Shown one piece after another: positions 9,891-22,781 of a DNA stretch of 64,000 bases. Origin of the DNA: Kofleriaceae bacterium (GTDB lineage: Bacteria; Myxococcota_A; Polyangia; Haliangiales; Haliangiaceae). The stretch spans positions 224,211 to 288,210 of the forward strand of contig JASNYD010000006.1 of assembly GCA_048500355.1 (NCBI GenBank), written 5' to 3'. Position numbers and translations under genes: made by a program. How positions within the stretch are numbered: position 1 is the stretch's first letter; every line of letters begins with the position of its first letter. The notes beneath the pieces were generated by a model, which saw only the letters and a list, made by a program, of their open reading frames with translations, was not told the origin of the DNA and searched no databases.

Positions 9891-10913
9891 ATGGCGCTCG
9901 AGGTCTCCGCCCGCGTCGCCGCGCTGATCATCGAGGCGGCGGTCGCCGCCGGGGCCAGCGCCCCGGCCCTGTGCGCGGCCAGCGGCTTCGACCGCGGCCG
10001 GGTGGACGACCCCGACGCCCGCGTCGCCATGGACCTGGTCGACCGGCTGTGGGAGGCCGCGGCCGACGCCACCGGCGACCCGTCGTTCGGCCTGCGCGCC
10101 GCCCTCGGCCTCCGCCCCGGCATGTTCGACGTGGTCGACTACGCGGTGCGGACGGCGCCCACCTTGCGCGTCGCGATCGAGCGCCTGGTCCGCTACGACC
10201 GGCTGGTCCGCGACGCCGGCGCACTGGGCCTGACCGTCGTGGGCGACCGCGCGCGGCTCGCCCACGCCCAGCGGCCGGCCGCCGCACCGTCCCGCCACGC
10301 CATCGAGTGCAAGCTGGCCAGCCTCCTGGTCATCGCCCGCCAGCTCACCGGCCGACCGCTGGTTGCCACCGCGGTCTCGTTCCGCCACCCGGCGCCGACC
10401 GACGTCGCCCTCCACGCCCGGGTGTTCGGCGTGGCCCCGTGCTTCGCCGCCGGCGACGACGCCCTCGAGCTGGACGCCGCCGAGCTCGACACCCCCTGCC
10501 CCGGCGCCGACCCGGCGCTGTGGCGCATCGTCGAGCGCCACGCCGAGGTCTTGCTCGCCGCCCGTCCGGCGCCGGCGCAGCTCACCGCGCGCGTCCGCCA
10601 CCACCTGACGGCCGTGCTCGCCGACGGCGGCGCCACGCTCGTCGCCACCGCCGCGCACCTGCGCCTGTCGGAGCGCAGCCTGCAGCGGCGCCTGGCCGGC
10701 GAGGGTGCGACGTTCGAGGCGCTCCTCGACGAGCTGCGCCGCGAGCTGGCCAGCCGCTACCTCGGCGATCGCGCGCTCGCCATCGGCGAGGTCGCCTACC
10801 TGCTCGGCTACTCCGAGCCCAGCGCGTTCCACCGCGCGTTCAAGCGCTGGACCGGGACCACGCCGGCCGACGCCCGGCGCCGCCAGCCGCCTACTGGATC
10901 GTCGAGTCGGTGA
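9891..10913 (+). CDS. AraC-family transcriptional regulator
   Basis: C-terminal AraC HTH signature (IGEVAYLLGYSEPSAFHRAFKRWTGTTPADAR). Confidence 0.85.
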   Translation: MALEVSARVAALIIEAAVAAGASAPALCAASGFDRGRVDDPDARVAMDLVDRLWEAAADATGDPSFGLRAALGLRPGMFDVVDYAVRTAPTLRVAIERLVRYDRLVRDAGALGLTVVGDRARLAHAQRPAAAPSRHAIECKLASLLVIARQLTGRPLVATAVSFRHPAPTDVALHARVFGVAPCFAAGDDALELDAAELDTPCPGADPALWRIVERHAEVLLAARPAPAQLTARVRHHLTAVLADGGATLVATAAHLRLSERSLQRRLAGEGATFEALLDELRRELASRYLGDRALAIGEVAYLLGYSEPSAFHRAFKRWTGTTPADARRRQPPTGSSSR

Positions 10914-11985
10914 CGACGATGGGCGTGTCGTCGTGGGCGGAGATCATCGGGTACTGCGTGTACCAGGAGCCGCCGAGGTTGCGGGTGATGACCGAGCGAT
11001 CGATCCGGATGTCGCCGGTGTGGTTGTTGGTGACGAAGAAGATCGCGCTGCCGTGCTGGACGACCTCGTTGTCGCGGATGGCGACCCCGCACAGCGAGAG
11101 CGTCATCTCGTTGCCGTCGTTGTAGATGGCGCCGCCGGAGCCGCCGCCCGGCGAGCTGCCCTGGGGCGGGTTGCCGCCGGTGCCGATGGCGCGGTTGTGC
11201 GAGAACAGGCTGTTGTAGATCGACCACGACACGCCGATGCTGCTGATGCCGCCGCCGTTGGAGCAGGTGTTGCCGAAGCCCTCGGCGCCGCCGAACGTCG
11301 TGTTGACGACGTAGACCGGCAGGTCCTGGTACTGGTCGAAGGCTCGGACGCCGGCGCCGCCGACGTCGGGACCGGTGTCGGCGCAGACGTTGCCGAAGAA
11401 GCGGGTGTTGACCAGCTTGAGGCGTCCACCGCGCGCCCAGATCGCGCCGCCGCCGTCGTACTCGGTCTCGCCCTTCGAGTTGCCGTCGATGAACGTGAGG
11501 TTCTGGACGGTGAGGCGAGGGTGATCCTGATCGTTGCAGTGCGACGTGGTCCAGCGTTGATCGGGATCGCAGGTGTTCATGTAGAGGATGCGGGTGCGAC
11601 CGCCGCCCGACAGCGTGACCTTGCCGCCGCCGTCGAGGACGATCTCGGGACCGGTGTCGTTGAAGATCTTGGCCGGCCGATCGAGCGTGATCGTCACCGG
11701 GTCGGGCCCGCAATCGAACGTGATCACGCCGCCGGCCGCCACCGCCGCGATCACCGCCTCGCCGGTGCAGCTCGCCGGCGTGCCGTCGCCGACCACGGTG
11801 CGGGGGCTGGCGACGCTGGCCGGCCCGGCCTCGCTCGGGACGCTGCAGGTGCCGTCGGGGTTGCCGGCGGGCGGCCCGTCCTCGGGATCGGTGAGCGGGT
11901 TGTCGATATCGACCCCGCCGTCGCCGCAGGCGGCGACGAGGACGGCAACCGCGATCAGGAGCGCAGGGCCGAGCGCACGCGACAT
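10891..11985 (-). CDS. lipoprotein with right-handed parallel beta-helix (pectate-lyase-like) repeats
   Basis: ATG at 11985: MSRALGPALLIAVAVLVAACGDGG (lipobox); repeated G-rich beta-helix rungs (NTRFFGN, NTTFGG, NSLFSHN, IRDNEVV, ITRNLGG); the rest of the 1573-aa ORF-track frame is antisense to the kinase gene and rejected. Confidence 0.7.
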   Translation of the reverse strand: MSRALGPALLIAVAVLVAACGDGGVDIDNPLTDPEDGPPAGNPDGTCSVPSEAGPASVASPRTVVGDGTPASCTGEAVIAAVAAGGVITFDCGPDPVTITLDRPAKIFNDTGPEIVLDGGGKVTLSGGGRTRILYMNTCDPDQRWTTSHCNDQDHPRLTVQNLTFIDGNSKGETEYDGGGAIWARGGRLKLVNTRFFGNVCADTGPDVGGAGVRAFDQYQDLPVYVVNTTFGGAEGFGNTCSNGGGISSIGVSWSIYNSLFSHNRAIGTGGNPPQGSSPGGGSGGAIYNDGNEMTLSLCGVAIRDNEVVQHGSAIFFVTNNHTGDIRIDRSVITRNLGGSWYTQYPMISAHDDTPIVVTDSTIQ

Positions 11986-12060
11986 GGCAGACCTCCCGGT
12001 CGCCGATTGTAGCCCGCGCCGCGCGCGGTCGGGGCGGTGTATCGTCGCGGATCGGGGGAC

Positions 12061-14637
12061 ATGAGCAGCCGCAAGCCCACCGACGATCCGCGCGCCGGCG
12101 GCGACACGCTGCCCGCGGGTGAGACGCCGCCGCGACCCGCGACGGCCGAGCTGCGGGCGGCGGCGACGCCCGCCACCGCCCCGCGGGTCGCGGCGCCGGC
12201 CGCGCTGGAGGAGGTCGACCCGTCCCGCTACCTGCGCCAGCAGGTCGTGGCCCGCGGCGGCATGGGCACGATCGTGGCAGCGCGGGATCGCCGGCTGGGC
12301 CGCACGATCGCCCTCAAGGAGCTTCACGTCGACCAGCCCGGGCTGCGCGCTCGCTTCGAGCGCGAGGCGCTGCTCACCGCGCGCCTCCAGCACCCGGCGA
12401 TCGTCAGCGTCCACGAGGCCGGTCGCTGGCCGGGCGGCGCGCCGTTCTTCGCGATGACGCTGGTCGCCGGTCGCTCGCTCGACGCCGCGATCGCGGCGGC
12501 GCCGACGCTCGCCGACCGCCTCGCCCTGCTCCCCCACGTCATCGCCGTCGCCGACGCCCTCGCCTACGCCCACGGCCAGCGCGTCATCCACCGCGACCTC
12601 AAGCCGCACAACGTGATGGTCGGCGACCTCGGCGAGACCGTGGTCATCGACTGGGGTCTGGGCAAGGACCTCGCCGACGACCCGCCGGGCGGCACGTCCG
12701 ACCTCGCCGACGGCTCGCAGGTGATGCCGGCCGGCCCCGGCGAGACCGTCGCCGGCGAGGTCCTGGGCACCCCGGCCTACATGCCGCCGGAGCAGGCCGC
12801 GGGGCTGCCCGTCGACGAGCGCGCCGACGTCTTCGCGATCGGCGCGATGCTCGACCACCTGCTCGCCGGGGCGACGCCCGACGTCACCTTCCACCCCCGC
12901 CGGCCGCCGGCCGAGCGGCTCGGCGTGCCCACGCCGCTGGCCGAGCGCCAGCCCGGCCTCCCGCCCGAGCTGCTGGCGATCGTCGCGCGCGCCACCGCGC
13001 GCGAGCCGGGGGAGCGCTACCGCACCGCGCGCGAGCTGGCCGAGGACCTGCGCCGCTTCCAGACCGGCCAGCTCGTCGGCGCCCACCGCTACTCGGCCGG
13101 GCAGCTCGTGCGGCGCTGGCTGGCCCGCCACCGTGCCGTGGTCACGCTCACGTCGGTGATGCTGGTCGCGGCGATCGTGCTGGGCGCGATCTCGGTGCGG
13201 CGGATCGTGCGCGCGCAGGCGGCCGCCGAGACGGCGCGCCGGCATGCCGAGACCAGCCGGACCGAGGCCCTCGCCCGCCGCGCCGACGCCGAGGAGCTGA
13301 TGAGCTTCATGCTCTTCGAGCTCAAGGACCGCCTGCAGCCGCTCAACCGCCTCGACCTGCTGGCGTCGGTGGCCCAGCGTGCCGCCCGCTACTACGAGGC
13401 GCGCCCCGAGGGCGACGACGAGCGCGACCGGCGCCTGCGCGCGGCCGTCCTGCGCAACCTCGGCGACGTCGTCGCGGCCCAGGGTGACAGCGCGGCGGCG
13501 CTCGCCGCGTATCGCGCCGCGCTGGCCCGCACCCGATCCCTGGCCGAGCTCCGCCCCGACGACGACGAGGTCATGCACGACCTCGCCGCCAGCCACAACC
13601 TGGTCGGCGACATGCAGCTCCAGCAAGGCGACCGTGCCGGCGCCCTGGCCTCGTACCGCGAGGGCCTGGCCGTCGCCGAGGCGACGCTCGCGCGCGTCCC
13701 GACCGGGCGCCGCGCCCGCCGCGACGTCACGGTCAGCCTCAACAAGCTCGGCGACGCCCTGCGCACCGGCGGCGCCGGCGCCGAGGCCGAGGCCGCCTAC
13801 CAGCGGGCGTACGAGCTGCGGCGGGCCCTGGCCGACGAGCATCCCGACGACCTCGAGGCCCAGCGCGATCTCGCGGTCAGCCACGAGAAGCTCGGCGGCG
13901 TGCTGCTCGCCCGCAAGGATCCCGGCGCCCTCGCCGCCTTCCACGCCAGCCTGGCCGTGCGCGAGCGCCTGGTCGCGCGCGCGCCCGACGACGCGCGGTG
14001 GCGGCGCGACCTGGCGCTGGGCCACGACAAGGTCGGCGACGCCCAGCTCCGCCAGGGCGACCGCGCCGGCGCCGCCGCGAGCGCGCGCGCGGCGCTGGTC
14101 CTGCGCGCCGCGCTGGCCGAGGAGGACCCGAGCAACACCACGCTGCAGCGCGAGCTGGCCGCCAACCACGACCGCGCCGGCGATCTCCTGTTCGAGCAGG
14201 GCGACGCCGCCGGCGCGCTGGTGGCGTACCGCCAGGCGATGGAGATCGCGGCCCGGCTCGCCGCGCGCGACCCCGCCAACGCCACCTGGCAGCGCGACCT
14301 CGAGGTGAGCCACAACAAGGTCGGCGACGCCCTGCTCGAGCGCGGCGACGGCGGCGCCGCCGCGGCCGCCTACAGCGCGGCGCTGGGGATCGCCGAGCGC
14401 CTGGCCGCCCGCGACCCCGCCAACGCCACCTGGCAGCGCGATCTGTGGGTCTGCCACTACAAGCTCGGCGACGCCCGGCTGGCCGCCGGACGGCGCGCCG
14501 AGGCCGAGCGCTCGTACCGCGCCGCGCTCGAGCTGGCGCAGGCCCTGGCCGCGCGCTCCCCGGACGACGCCGGCGCCCAGGAGGAGGCGGCGATCGTGCG
14601 CCAGACCCTGGCCGACTGCTGCGCGCCGCCGCGCTGA
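12061..14637 (+). CDS. Ser/Thr protein kinase with C-terminal TPR repeats
   Basis: Kinase motifs (GGMGTIVAARD...ALKEL, HRDLKPHNVMV, DWGLGK, GTPAYMPPEQ), one TM segment, then ~14 TPR-like repeats; ATG 12061 with G-rich RBS (alternative GTG 12037). Confidence 0.85.
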   Translation: MSSRKPTDDPRAGGDTLPAGETPPRPATAELRAAATPATAPRVAAPAALEEVDPSRYLRQQVVARGGMGTIVAARDRRLGRTIALKELHVDQPGLRARFEREALLTARLQHPAIVSVHEAGRWPGGAPFFAMTLVAGRSLDAAIAAAPTLADRLALLPHVIAVADALAYAHGQRVIHRDLKPHNVMVGDLGETVVIDWGLGKDLADDPPGGTSDLADGSQVMPAGPGETVAGEVLGTPAYMPPEQAAGLPVDERADVFAIGAMLDHLLAGATPDVTFHPRRPPAERLGVPTPLAERQPGLPPELLAIVARATAREPGERYRTARELAEDLRRFQTGQLVGAHRYSAGQLVRRWLARHRAVVTLTSVMLVAAIVLGAISVRRIVRAQAAAETARRHAETSRTEALARRADAEELMSFMLFELKDRLQPLNRLDLLASVAQRAARYYEARPEGDDERDRRLRAAVLRNLGDVVAAQGDSAAALAAYRAALARTRSLAELRPDDDEVMHDLAASHNLVGDMQLQQGDRAGALASYREGLAVAEATLARVPTGRRARRDVTVSLNKLGDALRTGGAGAEAEAAYQRAYELRRALADEHPDDLEAQRDLAVSHEKLGGVLLARKDPGALAAFHASLAVRERLVARAPDDARWRRDLALGHDKVGDAQLRQGDRAGAAASARAALVLRAALAEEDPSNTTLQRELAANHDRAGDLLFEQGDAAGALVAYRQAMEIAARLAARDPANATWQRDLEVSHNKVGDALLERGDGGAAAAAYSAALGIAERLAARDPANATWQRDLWVCHYKLGDARLAAGRRAEAERSYRAALELAQALAARSPDDAGAQEEAAIVRQTLADCCAPPR

Positions 14638-14657
14638 CGCGGCGAGGCCACCGGCGC

Positions 14658-15872
14658 TCAGATCCGATCCGGATCGTCGAGCAGGAAGGCGAGCGCGGCC
14701 GGGGCGCGGGCCGCCCACGCGGTCTCGTTGTGGGCGTGGCCCTCGCCCAGGACGTAGCGCAGCGAGGCGTCGAGGACCCAGCCCTTGCTCACGAGCAGGT
14801 CGCGCATGGCGGCGGTGGCGGCCATGCCGTCGTTGCTGGCGCCGGAGTCGCCGCTGTCGAGGTAGATCGTGAGCGGCTTGTCGGCGGCGGTCGCGGGGTC
14901 GGCGGCGACGAGCGCCGGCAGGTAGCCCTCGTCCCACCACAGCGACGGCGAGAACACGCCGCAGCGATCGAAGACGGTGGGGCGCTGCCAGCAGCCGTAC
15001 AGGCTGACCAGGCCGCCGAGCGACGAGCCGGCGAGCCCGACCCGGCCGGGCGCGACCCGGTAGGTGGCGGCGATGAACGGGCGCAGCTCGTCGGCCAGGA
15101 AGTCGAGGTAGGCGTCGGCGCCGCCGCCGCTGCCGATCGAGCCGTCGACGGTGGGCGTGTAGTCGTGGATGCGGCTGGCGGTGTTGTAGACGCCGACGAT
15201 GATCGCCTCGCGGATGCCGCCGCCGCCCGCCAGCGCGTCCATCGCCTCGTCGATGCGCCACTCGACGCCGCCGAAGGCGGTCGCGGCGTCGAACAGGTTC
15301 TGACCGTCGTGCATGAAGACCACCGGGTAGGTCTCGAGCGGGTTCTCGTCGTAACCGGGCGGCAGGTAGACCAGCACGTCGCGATCGTCGACGGCGGCGG
15401 CGGCGAAGCCGCGGTGGGCGACGATGCGGCCGCTGGAGGCGAAGAAGTGGGGGTAGACGTCGACGGTCGCGCCCGGCTGGGCCCGCCAGTTGGCGCCCGG
15501 CGCCCAGGTCGCGTCGTTGAAGAGCGGCTTCCACTCGAAGGCCGCGACCGCCGGGACCTCGCACACCCAGACGTTGCCGGTGGACCAGGTGCAGTCCTGG
15601 CCCTGGGTCCACGCCAGGCCGGCGCCGTCGCCGCGCACGCTGATCCGGTTGCCGAGCCCGGTGTCGTAGTGGACGCGCAGCGTGGTCACGCCGGGCGCGG
15701 CGTCGGGCCCGGCGCCGTCGGACCCGGCCGCGTCGAGCGGTGCCGGGGCGTCGAGCCCGCCGGCCCCGTCGGGCGAGGTCGCGTCGCCGCCGGCGTCGGG
15801 CGAGCCGTCACCACCGCCGCCGCAGGCGAAGGTGGTGGCGAGGAGCGTCAGCAGGGTGGCGAGCGCGCGCAT
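14658..15872 (-). CDS. alpha/beta-hydrolase esterase lipoprotein (putative-esterase / enterochelin-esterase-like fold) with N-terminal beta-sandwich domain
   Basis: Lipobox LATTFACGGGG; VVFMHDGQNLFD and nucleophile elbow GSSLGG; C-terminal GEGHAHNE. Confidence 0.8.
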   Translation of the reverse strand: MRALATLLTLLATTFACGGGGDGSPDAGGDATSPDGAGGLDAPAPLDAAGSDGAGPDAAPGVTTLRVHYDTGLGNRISVRGDGAGLAWTQGQDCTWSTGNVWVCEVPAVAAFEWKPLFNDATWAPGANWRAQPGATVDVYPHFFASSGRIVAHRGFAAAAVDDRDVLVYLPPGYDENPLETYPVVFMHDGQNLFDAATAFGGVEWRIDEAMDALAGGGGIREAIIVGVYNTASRIHDYTPTVDGSIGSGGGADAYLDFLADELRPFIAATYRVAPGRVGLAGSSLGGLVSLYGCWQRPTVFDRCGVFSPSLWWDEGYLPALVAADPATAADKPLTIYLDSGDSGASNDGMAATAAMRDLLVSKGWVLDASLRYVLGEGHAHNETAWAARAPAALAFLLDDPDRI

Positions 15873-15935
15873 CGGCGGAGGATATGCACGCCGGCCGGGG
15901 CCGGGTCGAGCCCGAACCGGCGGCGGCGACGACGA

Positions 15936-17177
15936 TCACGCGCCGGCCGGCAGCGCGTCGACGGCGCGCAGCGCGGCGTGGAGCGCGGCCCAGCGATCCT
16001 CGAGGTCGCCGGTGATGCCGATCGACATCCGCACCAGCCCCGGACCGATGCCGGCCAGCGCCAGCTCCTCGTCGGACAGCTCGCTCGAGGTCGAGCTCGC
16101 CGAGGCCGACATCAGGGTCTCGGCGTAGCCCAGGCTGACCGCCATGAACCCGAAGCGGTGCTGGTTCTGCAGCAGGTCCATGAAGCGATCGGCGCGGGCG
16201 CGGGTGCCGAGATCGAGGGTGAGCAGGCCGCCGAAGCCCTGGCCGGGGTTGAGCTGGCGCCGCATCAGCGCGTGCTGGGGGTGGCGGCGCAGGCCGGGGT
16301 AGGTGACGGCCACCCCCAGCTCGTCGAGGCGGCTGGCCAGGATCATGGCGCGGCGCGAGTGCTCGGCGATGCGCAGCGGCAGGTGGGGCAGCCGCATCGA
16401 GACCTCGAACGCCGTGCGCGGATCCATGGTCGGCCCGAGCAGCATCAGCGCGCCGGTGTGGAGATCCATCAGGCGGCCGATGAGGTCGGCCTTGCCCAGG
16501 ATCGCGCCGGCGACCAGATCCGAGGCGCCGTTGATGAACTTGGTCAGGCTGTGAACGACCACGTCGGCGCCGTGGCGTGCCGGCGTGATCATCACCGGGC
16601 AGAAGGTGTTGTCGACGACCAGGGCGGCGCCGTGGCGGTGCGCGAGGTCGGCCAGGGCCTGCAGATCGGCGACCTCGAGGGTCGGGTTGGAGACGGTCTC
16701 GGTGAACAGGACGCGGGTGCGCGGCGTGAACGCGGCTTCGACCGCGGCCAGGTCGGTGATGGGCACGAACGTGGTGCGGAGCCCGGCCTTGGCCGGCAGG
16801 AGCTCGCCGAGCAGGGCGTGGCTGCCGCCGTAGACCGCGCGCGACGCCACGACGTGGTCGCCGTGGTCGCAGAGCTGCATGATCGTCGCCGCCACCGCCG
16901 CGATGCCGCTGGCGCAGCAGTAGCCGCTCTCGGTGTCCTCGAGCGCGGCCAGCTCGCGGCCCAGGGTGTAGACCGTGGGGTTGAAGTGCCGGGCGTAGAG
17001 GAAGCACCCGTCGCGGTCGGCGGTGCGATGACCCGCGAACAGCTCGGGCATGGTCGCCGCCGCCATGACCGTGAACGTGGTCGAGGCCTCGATGCTGAGG
17101 TTGACCCCGCCGTGCTCGCCGAAGGTGTGCTTGGACCCGGCCAGGGCCCGGACCGGATCGAATCTCTCCTTCTCCAT
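15936..17177 (-). CDS. methionine gamma-lyase / Cys-Met-metabolism PLP-dependent enzyme
   Basis: ATG 17177 MEKERFDPVRAL...; PLP-lysine region VVHSLTKFINGASD; 413 aa; the 1859-aa ORF-track frame upstream is junk. Confidence 0.85.
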   Translation of the reverse strand: MEKERFDPVRALAGSKHTFGEHGGVNLSIEASTTFTVMAAATMPELFAGHRTADRDGCFLYARHFNPTVYTLGRELAALEDTESGYCCASGIAAVAATIMQLCDHGDHVVASRAVYGGSHALLGELLPAKAGLRTTFVPITDLAAVEAAFTPRTRVLFTETVSNPTLEVADLQALADLAHRHGAALVVDNTFCPVMITPARHGADVVVHSLTKFINGASDLVAGAILGKADLIGRLMDLHTGALMLLGPTMDPRTAFEVSMRLPHLPLRIAEHSRRAMILASRLDELGVAVTYPGLRRHPQHALMRRQLNPGQGFGGLLTLDLGTRARADRFMDLLQNQHRFGFMAVSLGYAETLMSASASSTSSELSDEELALAGIGPGLVRMSIGITGDLEDRWAALHAALRAVDALPAGA

Positions 17178-17201
17178 ACCGATCCGTATAGGATGCGGCC
17201 C

Positions 17202-17780
17202 ATGGCGAGTCAGCAGAATAGAATGCGGAACGAGCCCGGCCCGCGCCCGCTCGACCGCATCGATCGCGCCCTGGTGGCCGCCTTGCAGGAGGACGTTCGG
17301 CGCTCCAACAAGGAGCTGGCGGCGCGGGTCGGGCTGTCGCCGTCGGCCTGCCTGGAGCGGGTGCGCCGGCTCCACCGCGAGCGCGTGATCCGCGGCGCCT
17401 GGGCCGAGATCGAGCCGCGGGCCCTGGGCATCGGCCTCGAGGCGATGATCGCGGTCCGCCTGGCCCAGCACGCCCGCGCCGGCGTCGAGTCGTTCCGCGC
17501 CCACGTCCTCGGCCTGCGCGAGGTGGTGGCGGTCCACCACGTCGCCGGCCAGGTCGACTTCCTGGTCCAGGTCGCGGTCCGCGACGCCGGCCACCTCCGC
17601 GACCTGGCGCTCGACGCCTTCACCTCGCGGCCCGAGGTCGCCCGGCTCGAGACGTCGATCATCTACCAGTCGACGTGGAGCCCGCGCCTGCCCGACTTCC
17701 TCGACCCGCCGCCCGCCGCCGCGCCGTCGACGCGCGCGCTGGCGCCGCGCCGCGGCGGCCCCCGCCGCCACCGGCGGTGA
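17202..17780 (+). CDS. Lrp/AsnC-family transcriptional regulator
   Basis: LDRIDRALVAALQEDVRRSNKELAARVGLSPSACLERVRRL HTH plus RAM domain; divergent from the methionine gamma-lyase, start codons 25 nt apart. Confidence 0.85.
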   Translation: MASQQNRMRNEPGPRPLDRIDRALVAALQEDVRRSNKELAARVGLSPSACLERVRRLHRERVIRGAWAEIEPRALGIGLEAMIAVRLAQHARAGVESFRAHVLGLREVVAVHHVAGQVDFLVQVAVRDAGHLRDLALDAFTSRPEVARLETSIIYQSTWSPRLPDFLDPPPAAAPSTRALAPRRGGPRRHRR

Positions 17781-17813
17781 CACACGGCCGTCGCCCGGGG
17801 CTATCATCTCCCG

Positions 17814-19157
17814 ATGCTCCCCGCGCGCGGTCGGCTCGGGTCCTTCACGCTCGTCGTCGCGGCCCTCGCCGCCTGCGCCGAGGCCAAGCTCGCCCAGGAC
17901 GGGGACGCCGGCGGCGACGGGGACGGCGGCGGCGACGTCGACGCGCCCATCGTCGAGCCCCGCTGCGGCGACGGCAACGTCGATCCCGGCGAGGCCTGCG
18001 ACGACGGCAACCAGGTCGACACCGACGCCTGCACCAGCGCGTGCCAGGGCTGGCGCTACCGTGTCCCCGTCACCTTCACCGCGGCCGCCGCGGCCACCGG
18101 CGTCCCGGTCCTGATCGTCCTCGACGGCGCCAGCTTCGCCTACGACCACGCCGCGGCCGACGGCTCCGACCTGCGCGCCGACGCCGACGACGATCCCGCC
18201 AGCGGTTTCGGCCTGCCGCTCTGGCTCGAGCGCTGGACCCCGACCGGCGCCAGCTACCTGTGGGTGCGGGTGCCGGCGGTCAGCGCCGGCGCCAACACGA
18301 TCTGGCTCTACTACGGCTGGAGCGGCGACGCCCTGCCCTCGACCAGCGACTTCGCCGCGACCTTCCCCGACACCCTGCGCACCACCGGCAACCTGAGCCT
18401 CGGCGGTACGGTGAGCCACGACGCGGTCGTGATCGAGGCCGGCCACACCGTGACCGTGGCCCCGGGCGCGCCGCTGGTCATCACCGCGCCCTACGTGCGC
18501 ATCGACGGCGCGATCGCCGCCGATCACGCCGGGTACGCCGGCGGCGCCGGGCCCGCCCCGGGCGGCACGTCGACCACGGCCGGCGCCGGCGGCGGCGGCC
18601 ACGGCGGCGCCGGTGGCCGCGGCGGCCTCGACGGCGGCGACAGCCCGGGCGCCGGCGGCCTCGCCAGCGGCGACCTGTCGTCCGAGTCGATCGCGATGGG
18701 CTCGGGCGGCGGCACCACCGACAGCTCGCCGGTGGCGGGCCGCGGCGGGGGCGCGGTGCAGGTCGACGGCCGCCGCGTCGTCCTCGCCGGGACGATCGGC
18801 GCGCGCGGCGAGGTCGGCGGCTCGTCGGGCCGGTGCTCGGGCGGCGGCGCCGGCGGCGGCGTCCTGGTGCGGGCGTCGTCGATCGAGCTCACCGGCGCGA
18901 TCGCCGTCGACGGCGGCGCCGGCGGCAGCGGCACGAGCACGGCCAACGACGGCGGCGGCGGCGGCGGCGGCGGACGGATCAAGCTCCTCCACGGCGGCGC
19001 CCTGGTCGCGACCGGGACCACCACCGTCACCGGCGGCGCCGGCGGCCTCTACGGCGACGCCGGCAACGGCCAGCCCGGCTCGCCCGGCACGTTCTACACC
19101 GGCACCAGCAGCAGCCTGGCGCCGCTGCCGTCGATCGGCGCCGAGGAGACGCCGTAG
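17814..19157 (+). CDS. lipoprotein with Myxococcus cysteine-rich repeat and DUF2341-like domain, Gly-rich C-terminal half
   Basis: Lipobox LAACAEAK; CGDGNVDPGEACDDGNQVDTDACTSAC (myxo Cys-rich repeat); WRYRVPVTF...IWLYYGW (DUF2341 signature); long GGxGG low-complexity region. Confidence 0.75.
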   Translation: MLPARGRLGSFTLVVAALAACAEAKLAQDGDAGGDGDGGGDVDAPIVEPRCGDGNVDPGEACDDGNQVDTDACTSACQGWRYRVPVTFTAAAAATGVPVLIVLDGASFAYDHAAADGSDLRADADDDPASGFGLPLWLERWTPTGASYLWVRVPAVSAGANTIWLYYGWSGDALPSTSDFAATFPDTLRTTGNLSLGGTVSHDAVVIEAGHTVTVAPGAPLVITAPYVRIDGAIAADHAGYAGGAGPAPGGTSTTAGAGGGGHGGAGGRGGLDGGDSPGAGGLASGDLSSESIAMGSGGGTTDSSPVAGRGGGAVQVDGRRVVLAGTIGARGEVGGSSGRCSGGGAGGGVLVRASSIELTGAIAVDGGAGGSGTSTANDGGGGGGGGRIKLLHGGALVATGTTTVTGGAGGLYGDAGNGQPGSPGTFYTGTSSSLAPLPSIGAEETP

Positions 19158-19187
19158 CTCCCTGCCCGCCGGGTATCCTCCGCGGCC

Positions 19188-22656
<3,469 letters not shown>

Positions 22657-22781
22657 GGGCGGGCGGGTGACCGCGTGCCACCCGACGGCCGCGCTCCGCG
22701 CCCGCTGGTACCGGGTCGGCCACGACCGCGGCGATCTCGCCGCCTGCGCCGCGGCGGTGGCGGAGGGCTGATCGCCGCGCC

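Noticed and set aside
10891-15612. 1573-aa minus-strand ORF
   Set aside because: Only the 3' 364 codons (10891-11985, starting at an ATG with lipoprotein signal) look like a real protein. The remainder is Arg/Gly/Ala-rich antisense of the well-supported plus-strand kinase gene, a typical high-GC frame artefact.
13998-17780. 1260-aa plus-strand ORF
   Set aside because: Only the last 192 codons (Lrp/AsnC regulator from ATG 17202) are credible. The rest is an alternate frame over the kinase and antisense of the esterase and lyase genes.
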